Assembly (NCBI GenBank): GCA_938003985.1
Contig: CALKWZ010000031.1
Location: 4,173 to 68,172, forward strand
Source: an uncultured Verrucomicrobiota bacterium
GTDB taxonomy: Bacteria > Verrucomicrobiota > Kiritimatiellia > CAIQIC01 > Lenti-01
DNA: 64,000 nt
Direction: 5' to 3'
Shown: positions 35,026 to 49,669 of the stretch, piece after piece
How positions within the stretch are numbered: the first letter of the stretch is position 1
Layout of the letters: each line of letters begins with the position of its first letter
The notes under the pieces: model-generated
Seen by the model: only the letters and a program-made list of their open reading frames with translations
Databases searched by the model: none
Told to the model about the DNA's origin: nothing
Translations under genes and position numbers: made by a program

Positions 35026-36150
35026 TCAGCGGTTCCGGAAGAGCAGCAGGCAGCCGAGCAATTGGCTGCCCAGCACCGGGATCCACGGAATCATGTCCGG
35101 CCGCCATTCGGGACGTTCCACCAAAGCGTCGGCGATGATGATGAACAGATAGAAGGCGAACATCAGCACCAGCGCCAGGGCGATGCCGATCGAGGACTCC
35201 TTGCGGTGGGACCGGATGCCCAGCGGAATCGCCAGCAACGTGAACGAAAAACACGACATCGCCAGGGCCAGGCGCTTGTTGGCGTCCACGGCCATCTTGG
35301 TCCGCAGGCGCGGCACGTTCGTCTCCTGGATGTCCGGGAACGTCTGGCGCACGTTCTGGATGGAACCCACGAGTTCCGCGAAGGTCATGTCGGAAGGCTT
35401 TTTGTTCATCCGGCCCTTGCGGAGCATCTGGCGGAGATCGAGGGTGACCGGATAGCTCTCGGCGCTGAGGGTGCGGGCCTTGCTCTGGTCGTCGGGATGG
35501 TTCTTGTCGTATTCCGTCAGGCGCACCTGGCGCAGGTCGATTTCCATCACGCGGGTGGCGGAATCGAAATGGACGGTGCCGGACTTGGCGCGGACTTCCG
35601 CCCGGGCGCCCCGGTCGTCGAACTGGTAGAGAATGATGTCTTCCAGCTGCCGGTCCGCCTTCTTGCCGACGTAGACCTTCACGCCGGGAAAATCGTTCAC
35701 GAAACGGCCCTCGTCCAGCAGGGCCAAGGGATCCTCCTCGCCGAGGTCGCGCAGCATCACGCGGCGGGCGTAATGGCTGCGGGGCGACAGTTCGGCGTTG
35801 ATGTAGAGACAGACGGCCGACAGCAGCGCGGAACAGAACACGATCGGCGCGGCGGTCTGCCAGAGGCTGATGCCGCAGGCTTTCATCGCCGTGATCTCGC
35901 CGTCGGCCGACAGCCGGCCGAAATGCAGCAGCACCGTGGTCAGCACGCTCATCGGGATGACGAACGACAGCGTGAACGGGATGTTCAGGGCGAAAATCTT
36001 CAGGATCAGCCAGCCCGAGATGCCGCGCGACATGTAGTCGATGGCCTGCACCACCGCGCCGACGTACATCACGAACGTCAGCACGCCGAGCGTGATCAGG
36101 AAATTCTTGATGAAATCCCCCAGCAGGTAGCGGTTGAACACCCGGGTCAT
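35026..36150 (-). CDS. LptF/LptG-family (YjgP/YjgQ) LPS export permease
   Basis: 374 aa from ATG 36150; three N-terminal TMs, periplasmic beta-jellyroll region, three C-terminal TMs; ATGA overlap with folD. Confidence 0.8.
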   Translation of the reverse strand: MTRVFNRYLLGDFIKNFLITLGVLTFVMYVGAVVQAIDYMSRGISGWLILKIFALNIPFTLSFVIPMSVLTTVLLHFGRLSADGEITAMKACGISLWQTAAPIVFCSALLSAVCLYINAELSPRSHYARRVMLRDLGEEDPLALLDEGRFVNDFPGVKVYVGKKADRQLEDIILYQFDDRGARAEVRAKSGTVHFDSATRVMEIDLRQVRLTEYDKNHPDDQSKARTLSAESYPVTLDLRQMLRKGRMNKKPSDMTFAELVGSIQNVRQTFPDIQETNVPRLRTKMAVDANKRLALAMSCFSFTLLAIPLGIRSHRKESSIGIALALVLMFAFYLFIIIADALVERPEWRPDMIPWIPVLGSQLLGCLLLFRNR

Positions 36151-37034
36151 GCGCCGGCGCCCCTCCGGCGGCGCGCGGCTTCCAGCGTGTTCTTCAGCAG
36201 CATCGCGATCGTCAGCGGCCCCACGCCGCCCGGCACCGGCGTGATCGCGGCGGCTTTTTCGGCCACCGCCGCGAAGTCCACGTCGCCGGCCAGGCGGTAG
36301 CCGGTCGCCTTGGACGCGTCCGGCACCCGGTTCACGCCGACGTCGATCACGACCGCGCCGGGCTTGACCATGTCGGCCGTCAACGTCCCCGGCCGGCCCG
36401 CGGCCACGACGACGACGTCCGCGGCGCGCGTGAAGCGCGCGAGGTCCCGCGTCCGGGTGTGGCACAGCGTCACCGTGGCGTCCACGCCCTTCTGGGACAG
36501 CAAGATCGACAGCGGCCGGCCCACGATCTGGCTGCGGCCGATCACGACGACGGACGCGCCCGCCAGCGCCACCCCGGCGCGGCGCAGGAGCTCCACGACG
36601 CCGGCCGGCGTGCACGGCACGAACGCGGGCAGGCCGAGCACCATGCGGCCGACGTTCGTCGGATGGAAGCCGTCCACGTCCTTGGCCGGATCGACGGCTT
36701 CGATCACTTCCCGCTCGATGGCCGCCTCGGGCAGCGGCAACTGCACGAGGATGCCGTCCACGGCGTCGTCCGCGTTGAGGGCGCGCACCGCCGCCAGGAC
36801 GTCGGCCTTGGCGGCGGACGCCGGCAACTGGATCTCGCGGGAACGGATGCCCGCGGCGGCGCAGGCCTTTTCCTTGGCGGTCACGTACGAACGCGAGGCC
36901 GGATCGTCGCCCACCAGCACCACGGCCAGGCCCGGCGCGCGGCCGGTCGCCGCCTGCCACTCCGCCACGGCCGCGGCGACTTCCGCGCGCAGGTCGGCGG
37001 CCAGGCTCTTTCCGTCCAGGATGCGGGCGGCCAT
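36147..37034 (-). CDS. folD: Bifunctional methylenetetrahydrofolate dehydrogenase/cyclohydrolase
   Basis: 295 aa; ILDGK, YVxxKxK, GILVQLPLP, DVDGFHPxNxG, CTPxGV, VIGRSxIVGxP and PVPGGVGP motifs all present. Confidence 0.9.
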   Translation of the reverse strand: MAARILDGKSLAADLRAEVAAAVAEWQAATGRAPGLAVVLVGDDPASRSYVTAKEKACAAAGIRSREIQLPASAAKADVLAAVRALNADDAVDGILVQLPLPEAAIEREVIEAVDPAKDVDGFHPTNVGRMVLGLPAFVPCTPAGVVELLRRAGVALAGASVVVIGRSQIVGRPLSILLSQKGVDATVTLCHTRTRDLARFTRAADVVVVAAGRPGTLTADMVKPGAVVIDVGVNRVPDASKATGYRLAGDVDFAAVAEKAAAITPVPGGVGPLTIAMLLKNTLEAARRRRGAGA

Positions 37035-37044
37035 GGGTTTCTCC

Positions 37045-37793
37045 TCAGAAGCGGTAGCGGACGGTGAGTTGGCCCGACGTGCCGTCGAACCAGTCGAAAC
37101 GCGCGCCGAACGCGAGGTTTTCGAGGAGCCACAATTCTCCGCCGCCCACCACGCCGAACTCTTCGGTTCCCTCGAAGTCCCGATCCCGCCCGTCGCGCGA
37201 CCAGGTGCCGTCCAGCTTCGAATAGGCCGGACCGACGTAGACGTGGAGGCTTTGGAATTCGCCGGCATAGGTGTTGCGGAACGTGCGGGCGAACGAGAGG
37301 TGGTAGTCCAGCGGCAGCATCAGGAGCGTTTCGTGCCAGCGCAGGTCGCCTTCGCCGCCGTCGGCGCTGGCGCGGTAGGCATACTGGCCCGCCGCCTGCA
37401 GCGTGAGGCGCCAGGCGGTCCGGTGCGCGCCCTGGTGGATTTGCCACGCGTTCAGGCGGACACCCAGCAGGCCGCCCGCGCCGGCGTCGGCCGAAGCCGC
37501 CATGGCCTCGGCCAGCCGCGCCTCGGAGGCGCCGGCCTGGCCGTAGAGCAACAGCCACGGCCACGGCGAAACGCCCACCATCGCCTCGGCGACGTGCGCC
37601 TTCAAATCCCGTTCGGTTCCGTCGAGCTCCACGGGCCGCGAAAGGCGCTGGTAGATCAGCCCGGCCTGCCAGGGCACGGGATCCTTCCAGGTCAGCAAGG
37701 CGGTTTCGCCGCTGGCGTCTTCCTCCACGTTCAGCGTGGCCCGGGCCGCCGGCACGGCCAGCAGCAGCGAACAAGTCCACAAGGCAATGCGGT

Positions 37794-37797
<4 letters not shown>
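37045..37797 (-). CDS. Small outer-membrane beta-barrel protein
   Basis: 250 aa; signal peptide (MNRIALWTCSLLLAVPAARA); alternating hydrophobic beta-strand pattern; C-terminal aromatic signature ending in F (TVRYRF); ATGA overlap with the gyrA stop. Confidence 0.55.
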
Positions 37798-40334
<2,537 letters not shown>

Positions 40335-40361
40335 GGTTCCGGTTTCCGGGTTCGGGGGACG

Positions 40362-42827
<2,466 letters not shown>

Positions 42828-43042
42828 CTATATCAATTTATATAGGCTATCCAAATCTCCGCTGGATTACAATCAAAACCTCGCGCGGACCCCCGGCAAG
42901 TAAAACGCTTTTTCTCTCCGGCGGCGCGCCGCCGGCCCATTTTCGATAGAAATTGCCCGGTTTTCGGCCGCTACGTGCCGTTTTTCAGGTGAATATTGAT
43001 TTCTTATCCATCTATCGCAGAGCGCGATGCAACCGATTTTCG

Positions 43043-43543
43043 TCAGTCCGTTTCGTCGCCCTGCTTGTTTTCCAGCCGGCGTTGCTTGAAAAACCCCTTG
43101 ATCAAGGCCGCGCACTCGTCTTCCAGCACCCCCGCCAGCACCTCGCAACGGTGGTTCAATTCCGCCGATTGCAGGATCTGGAACCGCGAGACCGCCCCGC
43201 CTCGCAACGGGTCGGTCATGCCCCACACCACCAGCGGAATCCGCGCCAGCACGATCGCCCCCGCGCACATCGGGCAGGGCTCTTTCGTCACGTAGAGGAT
43301 GCTGTCGGTCAGGCGCCAATCGCCCGCCGCGGCGGCGGCCTGGGTGATGGCGATGATTTCCGCGTGCGCGGTGGGATCTTTCAGCGTCCGCGTCTGGTTC
43401 CAGGCTTGCCCCGCCAGTTCCCCGCCGTTGAACACGACGGCGCCCACGGGCACCTCGCCGGCTTCCGCCGCCCGTTTCGCCTGCCGCAGCGCCAGCCGCA
43501 TGCGCGCCTCGTGCGTCGCCATTCCCGGAACGTCCGCGTTCAT
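43043..43543 (-). CDS. tadA: tRNA-specific adenosine deaminase
   Basis: 166 aa; CDA zinc motifs HAEIIAI and PCPMCAGAI; ATGA overlap with the upstream gene stop. Confidence 0.85.
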   Translation of the reverse strand: MNADVPGMATHEARMRLALRQAKRAAEAGEVPVGAVVFNGGELAGQAWNQTRTLKDPTAHAEIIAITQAAAAAGDWRLTDSILYVTKEPCPMCAGAIVLARIPLVVWGMTDPLRGGAVSRFQILQSAELNHRCEVLAGVLEDECAALIKGFFKQRRLENKQGDETD

Positions 43544-44241
43544 CTTGCCGTCTCCTTCGTTTCCCGCAACGCCCGGAAGCCGACGTCGCGCCCGCGATAG
43601 TCCGCCGGGAAATCCTGCCGATGGACGACCTCCAGGCGCCGCGGATCGCGCTCCGCCCAACTGCCGCCGCAGGCCCGGCGCCGGCCGCCAGGTTCCGCCG
43701 GAGCCGCCGCGCACCACTCGTAGAGGTTGCCGGCCACGTCATGCAGCCCAAAACCGTTGGCCGGATACGCCCCCACCCGGGGCGCGGGGCCTTCCGCATC
43801 GAACCGCGCCCGCTCCGCCGGGTTGCCGCCCCAGCCCCATGGATAGGGCGCGCCGTCCACGCCGCCCCGGGCCGCCCATTCCCATTCCGTCGCCGTCGGC
43901 AGGCGCACCGTCCGGCCCTCCCGCTGCGAGCGCCAAGCGCAAAAGGCCTCCGCCTCGGCCGCGGTCAGTTCCGCCACCGCCTGCCGAGCCAGGCCGGCCT
44001 TGGCCGCGTAGCCCCCGCCGGGCCGGCGGGCAATCTGCGTCGTTTCCGGAACGTCCGCCGCACCCGTTGCGTTCAGAAAGCCGACGAACTCCCCCACGGT
44101 CGTCTCGCACCGGGCCAGCTCGAAGCCGGCCGCCGTCCCGGACTCCGATTCCGGAGGAGGTATCGCCGCCCACCGCCCCTGGCCGCAGCCGGCGGCGCAA
44201 ACCAGCCACCCCGCCATGCCCATGACCCAACTTCGGTTCAT
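43540..44241 (-). CDS. Formylglycine-generating-enzyme (FGE/SUMF1) domain lipoprotein
   Basis: About 233 aa; lipobox (VCAAGC); FGE-sulfatase fold motifs (RLPTATEWEWAARGG, GNLYEWC, RGGSW). Confidence 0.7.
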   Translation of the reverse strand: MNRSWVMGMAGWLVCAAGCGQGRWAAIPPPESESGTAAGFELARCETTVGEFVGFLNATGAADVPETTQIARRPGGGYAAKAGLARQAVAELTAAEAEAFCAWRSQREGRTVRLPTATEWEWAARGGVDGAPYPWGWGGNPAERARFDAEGPAPRVGAYPANGFGLHDVAGNLYEWCAAAPAEPGGRRRACGGSWAERDPRRLEVVHRQDFPADYRGRDVGFRALRETKETAR

Positions 44242-44324
44242 TTCCGCATTAAAGCGCATCGGCCTTTGACATTCCACCGCGAAATCCCCATACTGTACCG
44301 GCAATCGTCAATCCGACGCGAAAG

Positions 44325-45509
44325 GTGGAAGACATGGAGCAGCGCAAAGCGAAATGTAGCCGCTACGGCATGTTCACGGGCATTTTGTATATCGGCATCC
44401 TCGGCCTCGTGTTCGGCGCCGGGCTGGCCGTTCCGTTCAAGCCCGAGACGTGGACTTGTTCCGACGTCGCTTCCGTGCTGGCCACCGGCATCGCGCTGGC
44501 CTACGTCCTGCTCGGCGCGGCCGACTGGGTCCTGCAGCGCCTCGCCCTCGCGAAGAATCCCCTTCCGGCCGATCTCGACCTGTCCGACCGCGCCATTGCC
44601 CGCGAACGCGTGGCTGCGCTGACCGGCTGCTCTTTGCTGGAACGCCATGCCCGCCGCCTGCTGGGCGCGTGGGGCGCCGGCGCCTCCGGCCCGCAAGTCG
44701 CCGTCATGGCGGCCAACCAGACCGGACGCCTGCTGGCGCTCCTCGTCGCCGAGGCCGGCGCGATCCTCGTCGTGCTCCTCGCCGCCGCGGGTTTCGCCGC
44801 GCCGGGCGCGCTGCTGACGCTGGGCACGGGCCTGCTGGTGCTGGTGGCCCTCGTCGGCTTGGCGCGCTTCCAGCTGGCCTCGCAGTGCGAAGGCTACATC
44901 GAATCGCATCTGCTGGCCCGCATCGGCAACGACACGCCGGCCGCCGCGGCCGCCGATTTCGCCCAGGCCGCCGGCAAGGCCGCCTCGGAATCTCTGGCGG
45001 CCCTCGCCGCCGCCCAGGCGAAGTTCGTCGAGCAGTTGGCCAAGTCGCAGGATCAGGCCGCCGCCCTCGCCGCCAAGGCGCAGCAGGACGCCACTGCGCA
45101 ACTGGCCAAGGCCCAGGCCGAAGCCGCCGCCCAGATCGCCAAGGCCCAGGCCGAAGCCGCGGCGCAGATCGCCAAGTCGCAGGCGGATGCCTCGGCCCAG
45201 GTCGCGAAGTCCCAGACCGACATGGCCGCCCAGCTGACCGCGGCGCTGGACCAGTCCTCCGCCAAGATCGGCGCGGCCCAGACCGAAGTCGCCACGCAGC
45301 TCGGTCGCGTCACCGCCTTGGCTTCTTCCATCGACAACGTCCTCAAGCTCCAGCAAGCCGTCGACGGCACCCTCAAGGGCGTCACCGTCACCGACGAGTT
45401 CAAGTCCACGCTTGTCGAGCTCAAGCGGCATCTGGCCGAATCCGACCAGCTGCTCAAGAACGCGGCCAAGCCGCGCACCATCCGCCTCGTGGAGAAGGAC
45501 AACGAATAG
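44325..45509 (+). CDS. Polytopic membrane protein with C-terminal 11-residue-repeat coiled coil
   Basis: 394 aa (start could be the internal Met at 44370); four TM helices, then Ala/Gln/Lys-rich repeats (AQLAKAQAEAAAQIAKAQAEAAAQIAKSQADASAQVAKSQTDMAAQL). Confidence 0.5.
   Translation: MEDMEQRKAKCSRYGMFTGILYIGILGLVFGAGLAVPFKPETWTCSDVASVLATGIALAYVLLGAADWVLQRLALAKNPLPADLDLSDRAIARERVAALTGCSLLERHARRLLGAWGAGASGPQVAVMAANQTGRLLALLVAEAGAILVVLLAAAGFAAPGALLTLGTGLLVLVALVGLARFQLASQCEGYIESHLLARIGNDTPAAAAADFAQAAGKAASESLAALAAAQAKFVEQLAKSQDQAAALAAKAQQDATAQLAKAQAEAAAQIAKAQAEAAAQIAKSQADASAQVAKSQTDMAAQLTAALDQSSAKIGAAQTEVATQLGRVTALASSIDNVLKLQQAVDGTLKGVTVTDEFKSTLVELKRHLAESDQLLKNAAKPRTIRLVEKDNE
45107..45215 (+). 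repeat. Roughly 33-bp tandem repeats (about three units) encoding 11-aa coiled-coil repeats
   Basis: gccaaggcccaggccgaagccgccgcccagatc / gccaaggcccaggccgaagccgcggcgcagatc / gccaagtcgcaggcggatgcctcggcccaggtc. Confidence 0.5.
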
Positions 45510-45519
45510 CGAACCGGCC

Positions 45520-46257
45520 ATGGCCGATTCCGCCGCCGCCCCCGCGCCCGAACCGCCGGGGGCGGTTCCGTCTCCGCCCCTTGCGCCCGGCCTCTACCTC
45601 GTCGGCACGCCCATCGGCAACCTCGAAGACGTCACCCTGCGCGCCTTGCGGGTTCTCCGCTCCGCCACGCACATCCTCGCCGAAGACACGCGCCACACGC
45701 GCCGGTTGCTCGACCGCCACGGCATCCGCACGCCGTTGATTTCCTGCCACAAGTTCAACGAGCGCGCCCGCGCCGAGGAAATTCTCCGCCGCATCCGCGC
45801 CGGCGAAGCCCTCGCGCTGGTCACCGACGCCGGCATGCCCGGCATCTCCGATCCCGGCGCGCGCGCCGCCGACGCGGTCCGCGCCGCGGGCCTTTCCGTC
45901 ACCGTGATTCCCGGCCCCTGCGCGCTTTCCGCCGCCGTCGCCCTGTGCGGATCCGTCGAGAGCCGCGGGTTCCTGTTCGAAGGCTTCCTCGACCACAAAA
46001 CCGCCGCGCGCCGGCGCCGCCTGCTGGAGCTCGCCGCGTTTCCCGCCCCCGTCGTCTTCTACGAATCCACCCATCGCATCCTCAAGCTCCTCGACGAAGT
46101 CGAACAGGAACTCGGTCCCGACCGGAAATTGTTCATTGCGCGCGAACTCACCAAGAAGTTCGAAGAGACCGTCGCCGGCACGCCCGCCGAACTTCGCGCC
46201 CATTACCAGACCCATTCGCTCAAGGGCGAATTCGTCGTCATCCTCCTGCCGCCGTGA
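45520..46257 (+). CDS. rsmI: 16S rRNA (cytidine1402-2'-O)-methyltransferase
   Basis: 245 aa; tetrapyrrole-methylase fold motifs (LYLVGTPIGNLEDVTLRAL, ILAEDTRHTRRLL, VTDAGMPGISDPG). Confidence 0.85.
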   Translation: MADSAAAPAPEPPGAVPSPPLAPGLYLVGTPIGNLEDVTLRALRVLRSATHILAEDTRHTRRLLDRHGIRTPLISCHKFNERARAEEILRRIRAGEALALVTDAGMPGISDPGARAADAVRAAGLSVTVIPGPCALSAAVALCGSVESRGFLFEGFLDHKTAARRRRLLELAAFPAPVVFYESTHRILKLLDEVEQELGPDRKLFIARELTKKFEETVAGTPAELRAHYQTHSLKGEFVVILLPP

Positions 46258-47876
46258 ATCCCGCCCGCCCGCTGCCGCTCGGCAAGAAAATCGCCTTCGC
46301 GGCCTGCGCGGCCGCGCTGGCGCTGGGCGGCGCGGAAGCCGCGCTGCGCCTGGCCGGATTCGCCTATGCCCCGCGGCAACCCACGTTGTGGGTGCCGACG
46401 GTCGCGGGCTTCCACGGCACCTACGAGTTTTTCATCCCCACGCAACTGGCCCCGCCGGATTACGTCTGGTTGGCCGCGCCCCGCACGCCCTACACGGACC
46501 GCCGCGGCTTCCGCCTTCCGGAACTGCCGGACCGCAAGGAGCCCGGCAAGTTCCGCATCGCCTTCCTCGGCGGCTCCACCACCCAGGGCGGCTATCGGCC
46601 CTATCCCGCGCGCGCCGTCGCCATCCTCAACGCCGCCGCCGGCACGAACCGCTACGAGGCCCTCAACGCGGCTTGTTCTTCCTACTCCACGCACCAGAGC
46701 CTCATCGTTCTCCAGCGCCTCGTGTTCGACCTCCAGCCCGATCTCATCTGCCTTTACCACGGCTGGAACGACGCGCAAATCCAGGAAGACGGCTTCCGCG
46801 ACGACCAGAAAGATGCGGCGGCAAATCGCCCTGGGCCGCCGCCGCGCTGGACGCAGCCGTTGCGGCACACGCGGATTTTCCAAGCCATCGGCTGGTGGAT
46901 CGACCGCTTCCGGAGTCCCGAACCCCGCGTGCCGCCGGACCGTTTCCGCGCCAACCTCGAACGCTTCGCCCGGCTCTGCAAAGAGCGGAACGTTCCCGGC
47001 CTGATTTTCACGCGGCCGCCGTGGCGCCGCGATCCGCCGCCGGCGCTGGGTCCCGCCATGGCCGCCTATTATTCCGCGCGCCACCGCGCCGCGGACGAGC
47101 GCGCCTGGCAGGACCGGGAACACGCGGAAACCGCCGCCATCCAGCGCGACGTCGCGAACCGCAACGGGCTCGCCCTCTTCGATGCCGGCGCGACGGTGGA
47201 AAACCTGGAAGTCCGTCGCCAAGCCGGCGATTTCGGCCCCGACGTCCGCATCTACCAGCCCGATGGCCTCCACCTGACTCCGTTCGGCGAGCAGCGCCTG
47301 GCCGAAGCCCTCGCGCTCCAACTGGCCGGACCGGATGCGGACCACGTTCGCAACCACGTCGCCTCGGCCGATTACTTGGCCGATCTGGCCCGCGTTTCCC
47401 TCGACGAGATGCTCCCCTCCGACGCCGCCTGGTACGCGCAGGCCGCCGCGCAGGCCGATCCCGCCCGGCAAGCGGAAATGAACGCTTGCCGCGTCGAGGC
47501 CGAAGCGCTGTTCGAGTTCGCGCGGCTGTTCGAAGAAGGAAAGTGGAAGGGCGCCGATCCGGCGTTCCCCTCCCAACTCGCCAAATTGCGGCGGTGCCTG
47601 GAGCTGCGTCCGCACGATTTCGGCGTGCCGGTCCAGATCCTGCGGCTGTGCGCGTTCAACGGCCGGCCCGATCTGGCCGCCGACGTCCTGCAAGGCTTCC
47701 AGCCGGCGAACCGCGACGATTTCCTGCGTTGGAAAGGCTTGGTCTTCCAGTCGCATGTCGACGCCCAACGCTGGGACGCCGCGGCCCAAACGGCCCGCGA
47801 AGTCCTGGCCGCGGATCCCGCCAACGAGGCGGCCCGCTCGTTCCTGGACCAATACTCCCGCGCCAATGCCTTCTGA
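46254..47876 (+). CDS. SGNH/GDSL-family hydrolase with N-terminal membrane anchor and C-terminal TPR-like helical domain
   Basis: 540 aa from GTG 46254 (GTGA overlap with rsmI stop); block I FLGGSTTQG, block V DGLHLT; C-terminal helical repeats. Confidence 0.6.
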   Translation: MNPARPLPLGKKIAFAACAAALALGGAEAALRLAGFAYAPRQPTLWVPTVAGFHGTYEFFIPTQLAPPDYVWLAAPRTPYTDRRGFRLPELPDRKEPGKFRIAFLGGSTTQGGYRPYPARAVAILNAAAGTNRYEALNAACSSYSTHQSLIVLQRLVFDLQPDLICLYHGWNDAQIQEDGFRDDQKDAAANRPGPPPRWTQPLRHTRIFQAIGWWIDRFRSPEPRVPPDRFRANLERFARLCKERNVPGLIFTRPPWRRDPPPALGPAMAAYYSARHRAADERAWQDREHAETAAIQRDVANRNGLALFDAGATVENLEVRRQAGDFGPDVRIYQPDGLHLTPFGEQRLAEALALQLAGPDADHVRNHVASADYLADLARVSLDEMLPSDAAWYAQAAAQADPARQAEMNACRVEAEALFEFARLFEEGKWKGADPAFPSQLAKLRRCLELRPHDFGVPVQILRLCAFNGRPDLAADVLQGFQPANRDDFLRWKGLVFQSHVDAQRWDAAAQTAREVLAADPANEAARSFLDQYSRANAF

Positions 47877-47957
47877 GTTCCGCCGCGCGGCCGCCGGCGG
47901 CGAAACGTCCCTTTTGCTCTTTTCCTCCTCCGCGAAATGCGCCACTCTTTCGGCGTC

Positions 47958-48830
47958 ATGAAAAAAGGAAAGCCCGCTCCGTTCTTCCTCCTCGGCCATC
48001 CCGTCGGCCATTCGCTCTCGCCCTTCATGCACAACGCCGCGTTCAAAGCCCTCGGCCTGAACGCGAACTACGCCCTGCTCGACGTCGCCCCCGGCGACGT
48101 GCCCCGCACGCTCGCAACCCTGCGCGCGCAGGGTTGCGGCGGCGCCAACGTCACCATCCCCCACAAGGAAGCCGCCTACCGCTTCCTCGCCGCCCACGGC
48201 CAGCTCTCCGACGTCGCGCAACTGCTGCATTCCGTCAACACGGTCGTCTTCCGCCCCGACGGCACGCTCTACGGCGACAACACCGACGCCCCCGGTTTCC
48301 TCGACGCGCTCAAAGAGGCCTTCCGCGCTTCCCCGCGCGGCCGGCGCACGCTCGTGCTCGGCTGCGGCGGGGCCGGACGCGCCCTGGCCCTCACCTGCGC
48401 CATGCAGGGCGCCGCGGAAATCTACGTCGCCGACGTCAACCTCGCCGCGCGCCGCCGCCTGCTGCTCGCCCTGCGCCGAACCGCGCCGGGCCTGCCCGTC
48501 GCCGGCCTTTCCCTCGCCCGCGCCCGCGCCGCCGCGCGCGATTGCGATTTGATCGTCCAGGCCACGCCCGTCGGCATGCATCCCGGCGATCCATCGCTGC
48601 TGCCTCCCGAATCCTTCCGCAAGGGCCAGCTCGTGTTCGACCTCATCTACAATCCCGCCGTCACGCCGCTGCTGGCGACCGCGCGGGCCGCCGGCGCGCG
48701 CACGTCCAACGGCCTCGGCATGCTCCTGCACCAAGGTGTGCGCGCCTTCCGCCAATGGACCGGCCGCAAGCCGTCCGTTCCCGTCATGCGCGCCGCCCTG
48801 GAAAAAGCCCTGAAAGCCAAGCGCGCGTGA
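47958..48830 (+). CDS. aroE: Shikimate dehydrogenase
   Basis: 290 aa; LGHPVGHSLSP, GANVTIPHK, NTDAPGF, GCGGAGRA motifs. Confidence 0.85.
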   Translation: MKKGKPAPFFLLGHPVGHSLSPFMHNAAFKALGLNANYALLDVAPGDVPRTLATLRAQGCGGANVTIPHKEAAYRFLAAHGQLSDVAQLLHSVNTVVFRPDGTLYGDNTDAPGFLDALKEAFRASPRGRRTLVLGCGGAGRALALTCAMQGAAEIYVADVNLAARRRLLLALRRTAPGLPVAGLSLARARAAARDCDLIVQATPVGMHPGDPSLLPPESFRKGQLVFDLIYNPAVTPLLATARAAGARTSNGLGMLLHQGVRAFRQWTGRKPSVPVMRAALEKALKAKRA

Positions 48831-49660
48831 TGCCTTTCCCTCCAGAAGCCTTTGCCGCCGTCTCGGTCTTCGTGTTCCTGGCCGGACTCTGCATCGGCAG
48901 CTTCCTCAACGTCTGCATCTGGCGCATTCCGCGCGACGAATCCATCGTCTGGCCCGGCTCCCATTGCCCGGCCTGCAACCACGCCATCGCGCCGTGGGAC
49001 AACCTGCCGCTGCTGTCGTGGATCCTGCTCGGCGGCAAGTGCCGCCACTGCCAGGCCCCCATTTCCCCGCGCTATTTCGTCGTCGAGCTGCTCACCGGCG
49101 CGCTCTTTGCGGGTCTGTGGTTCGCCCATGGCTGGTCGCTGCTCACGCCGGTTTACGTTTTTTTCACCGGCGCGCTCATCCTGGGCACTTTCGTGGATTT
49201 CGACCATCTCATTTTGCCCGACCGCGTCACCCTCGGCGGCATGGTCGCCGGGTTGGTCCTTTCGTTCGCGTTTCCGGAACTCCAAGGCCGCGGCGAACGC
49301 CTCCCGGCGCTGCTCCAGTCCGCGTTCGGCCTCGCGCTCGGCTACGGCATCCTCTGGACCGTCGCCACCGTCGGCCGTCTCGCGCTCAAGCGCGAGGCCA
49401 TGGGCTTCGGCGACGTGAAACTCCTCGGCGCCGTCGGCGCCTGTCTTGGCTGGCAGGCCGTCCTGTTCGCCGTCTTCGTGTCCTCGCTGTCCGGCACCCT
49501 GCTCGGCTTCGCCCTCATCGCGCTTGGCAAAAAAGAACTGCAAAGCCGGATCCCCTACGGCCCGCACATCGCGCTGGCCGCCGTCCTGTGGATGTTCTGC
49601 GGGCCGGCTTGCATCGATCTCTATCTGTCCTGGGCCTTCGCCGCCCGTCCCGCCCTCTAG
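48830..49660 (+). CDS. pilD: Prepilin peptidase (type IV leader peptidase / N-methyltransferase, A24 family)
   Basis: 276 aa; tetra-Cys zinc site (CPACNHAI...CRHCQAPI), catalytic-Asp context FGDVKLLGAVG; stop of aroE overlaps the start (TGATG). Confidence 0.85.
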   Translation: MPFPPEAFAAVSVFVFLAGLCIGSFLNVCIWRIPRDESIVWPGSHCPACNHAIAPWDNLPLLSWILLGGKCRHCQAPISPRYFVVELLTGALFAGLWFAHGWSLLTPVYVFFTGALILGTFVDFDHLILPDRVTLGGMVAGLVLSFAFPELQGRGERLPALLQSAFGLALGYGILWTVATVGRLALKREAMGFGDVKLLGAVGACLGWQAVLFAVFVSSLSGTLLGFALIALGKKELQSRIPYGPHIALAAVLWMFCGPACIDLYLSWAFAARPAL

Positions 49661-49669
49661 GAAAACGCC

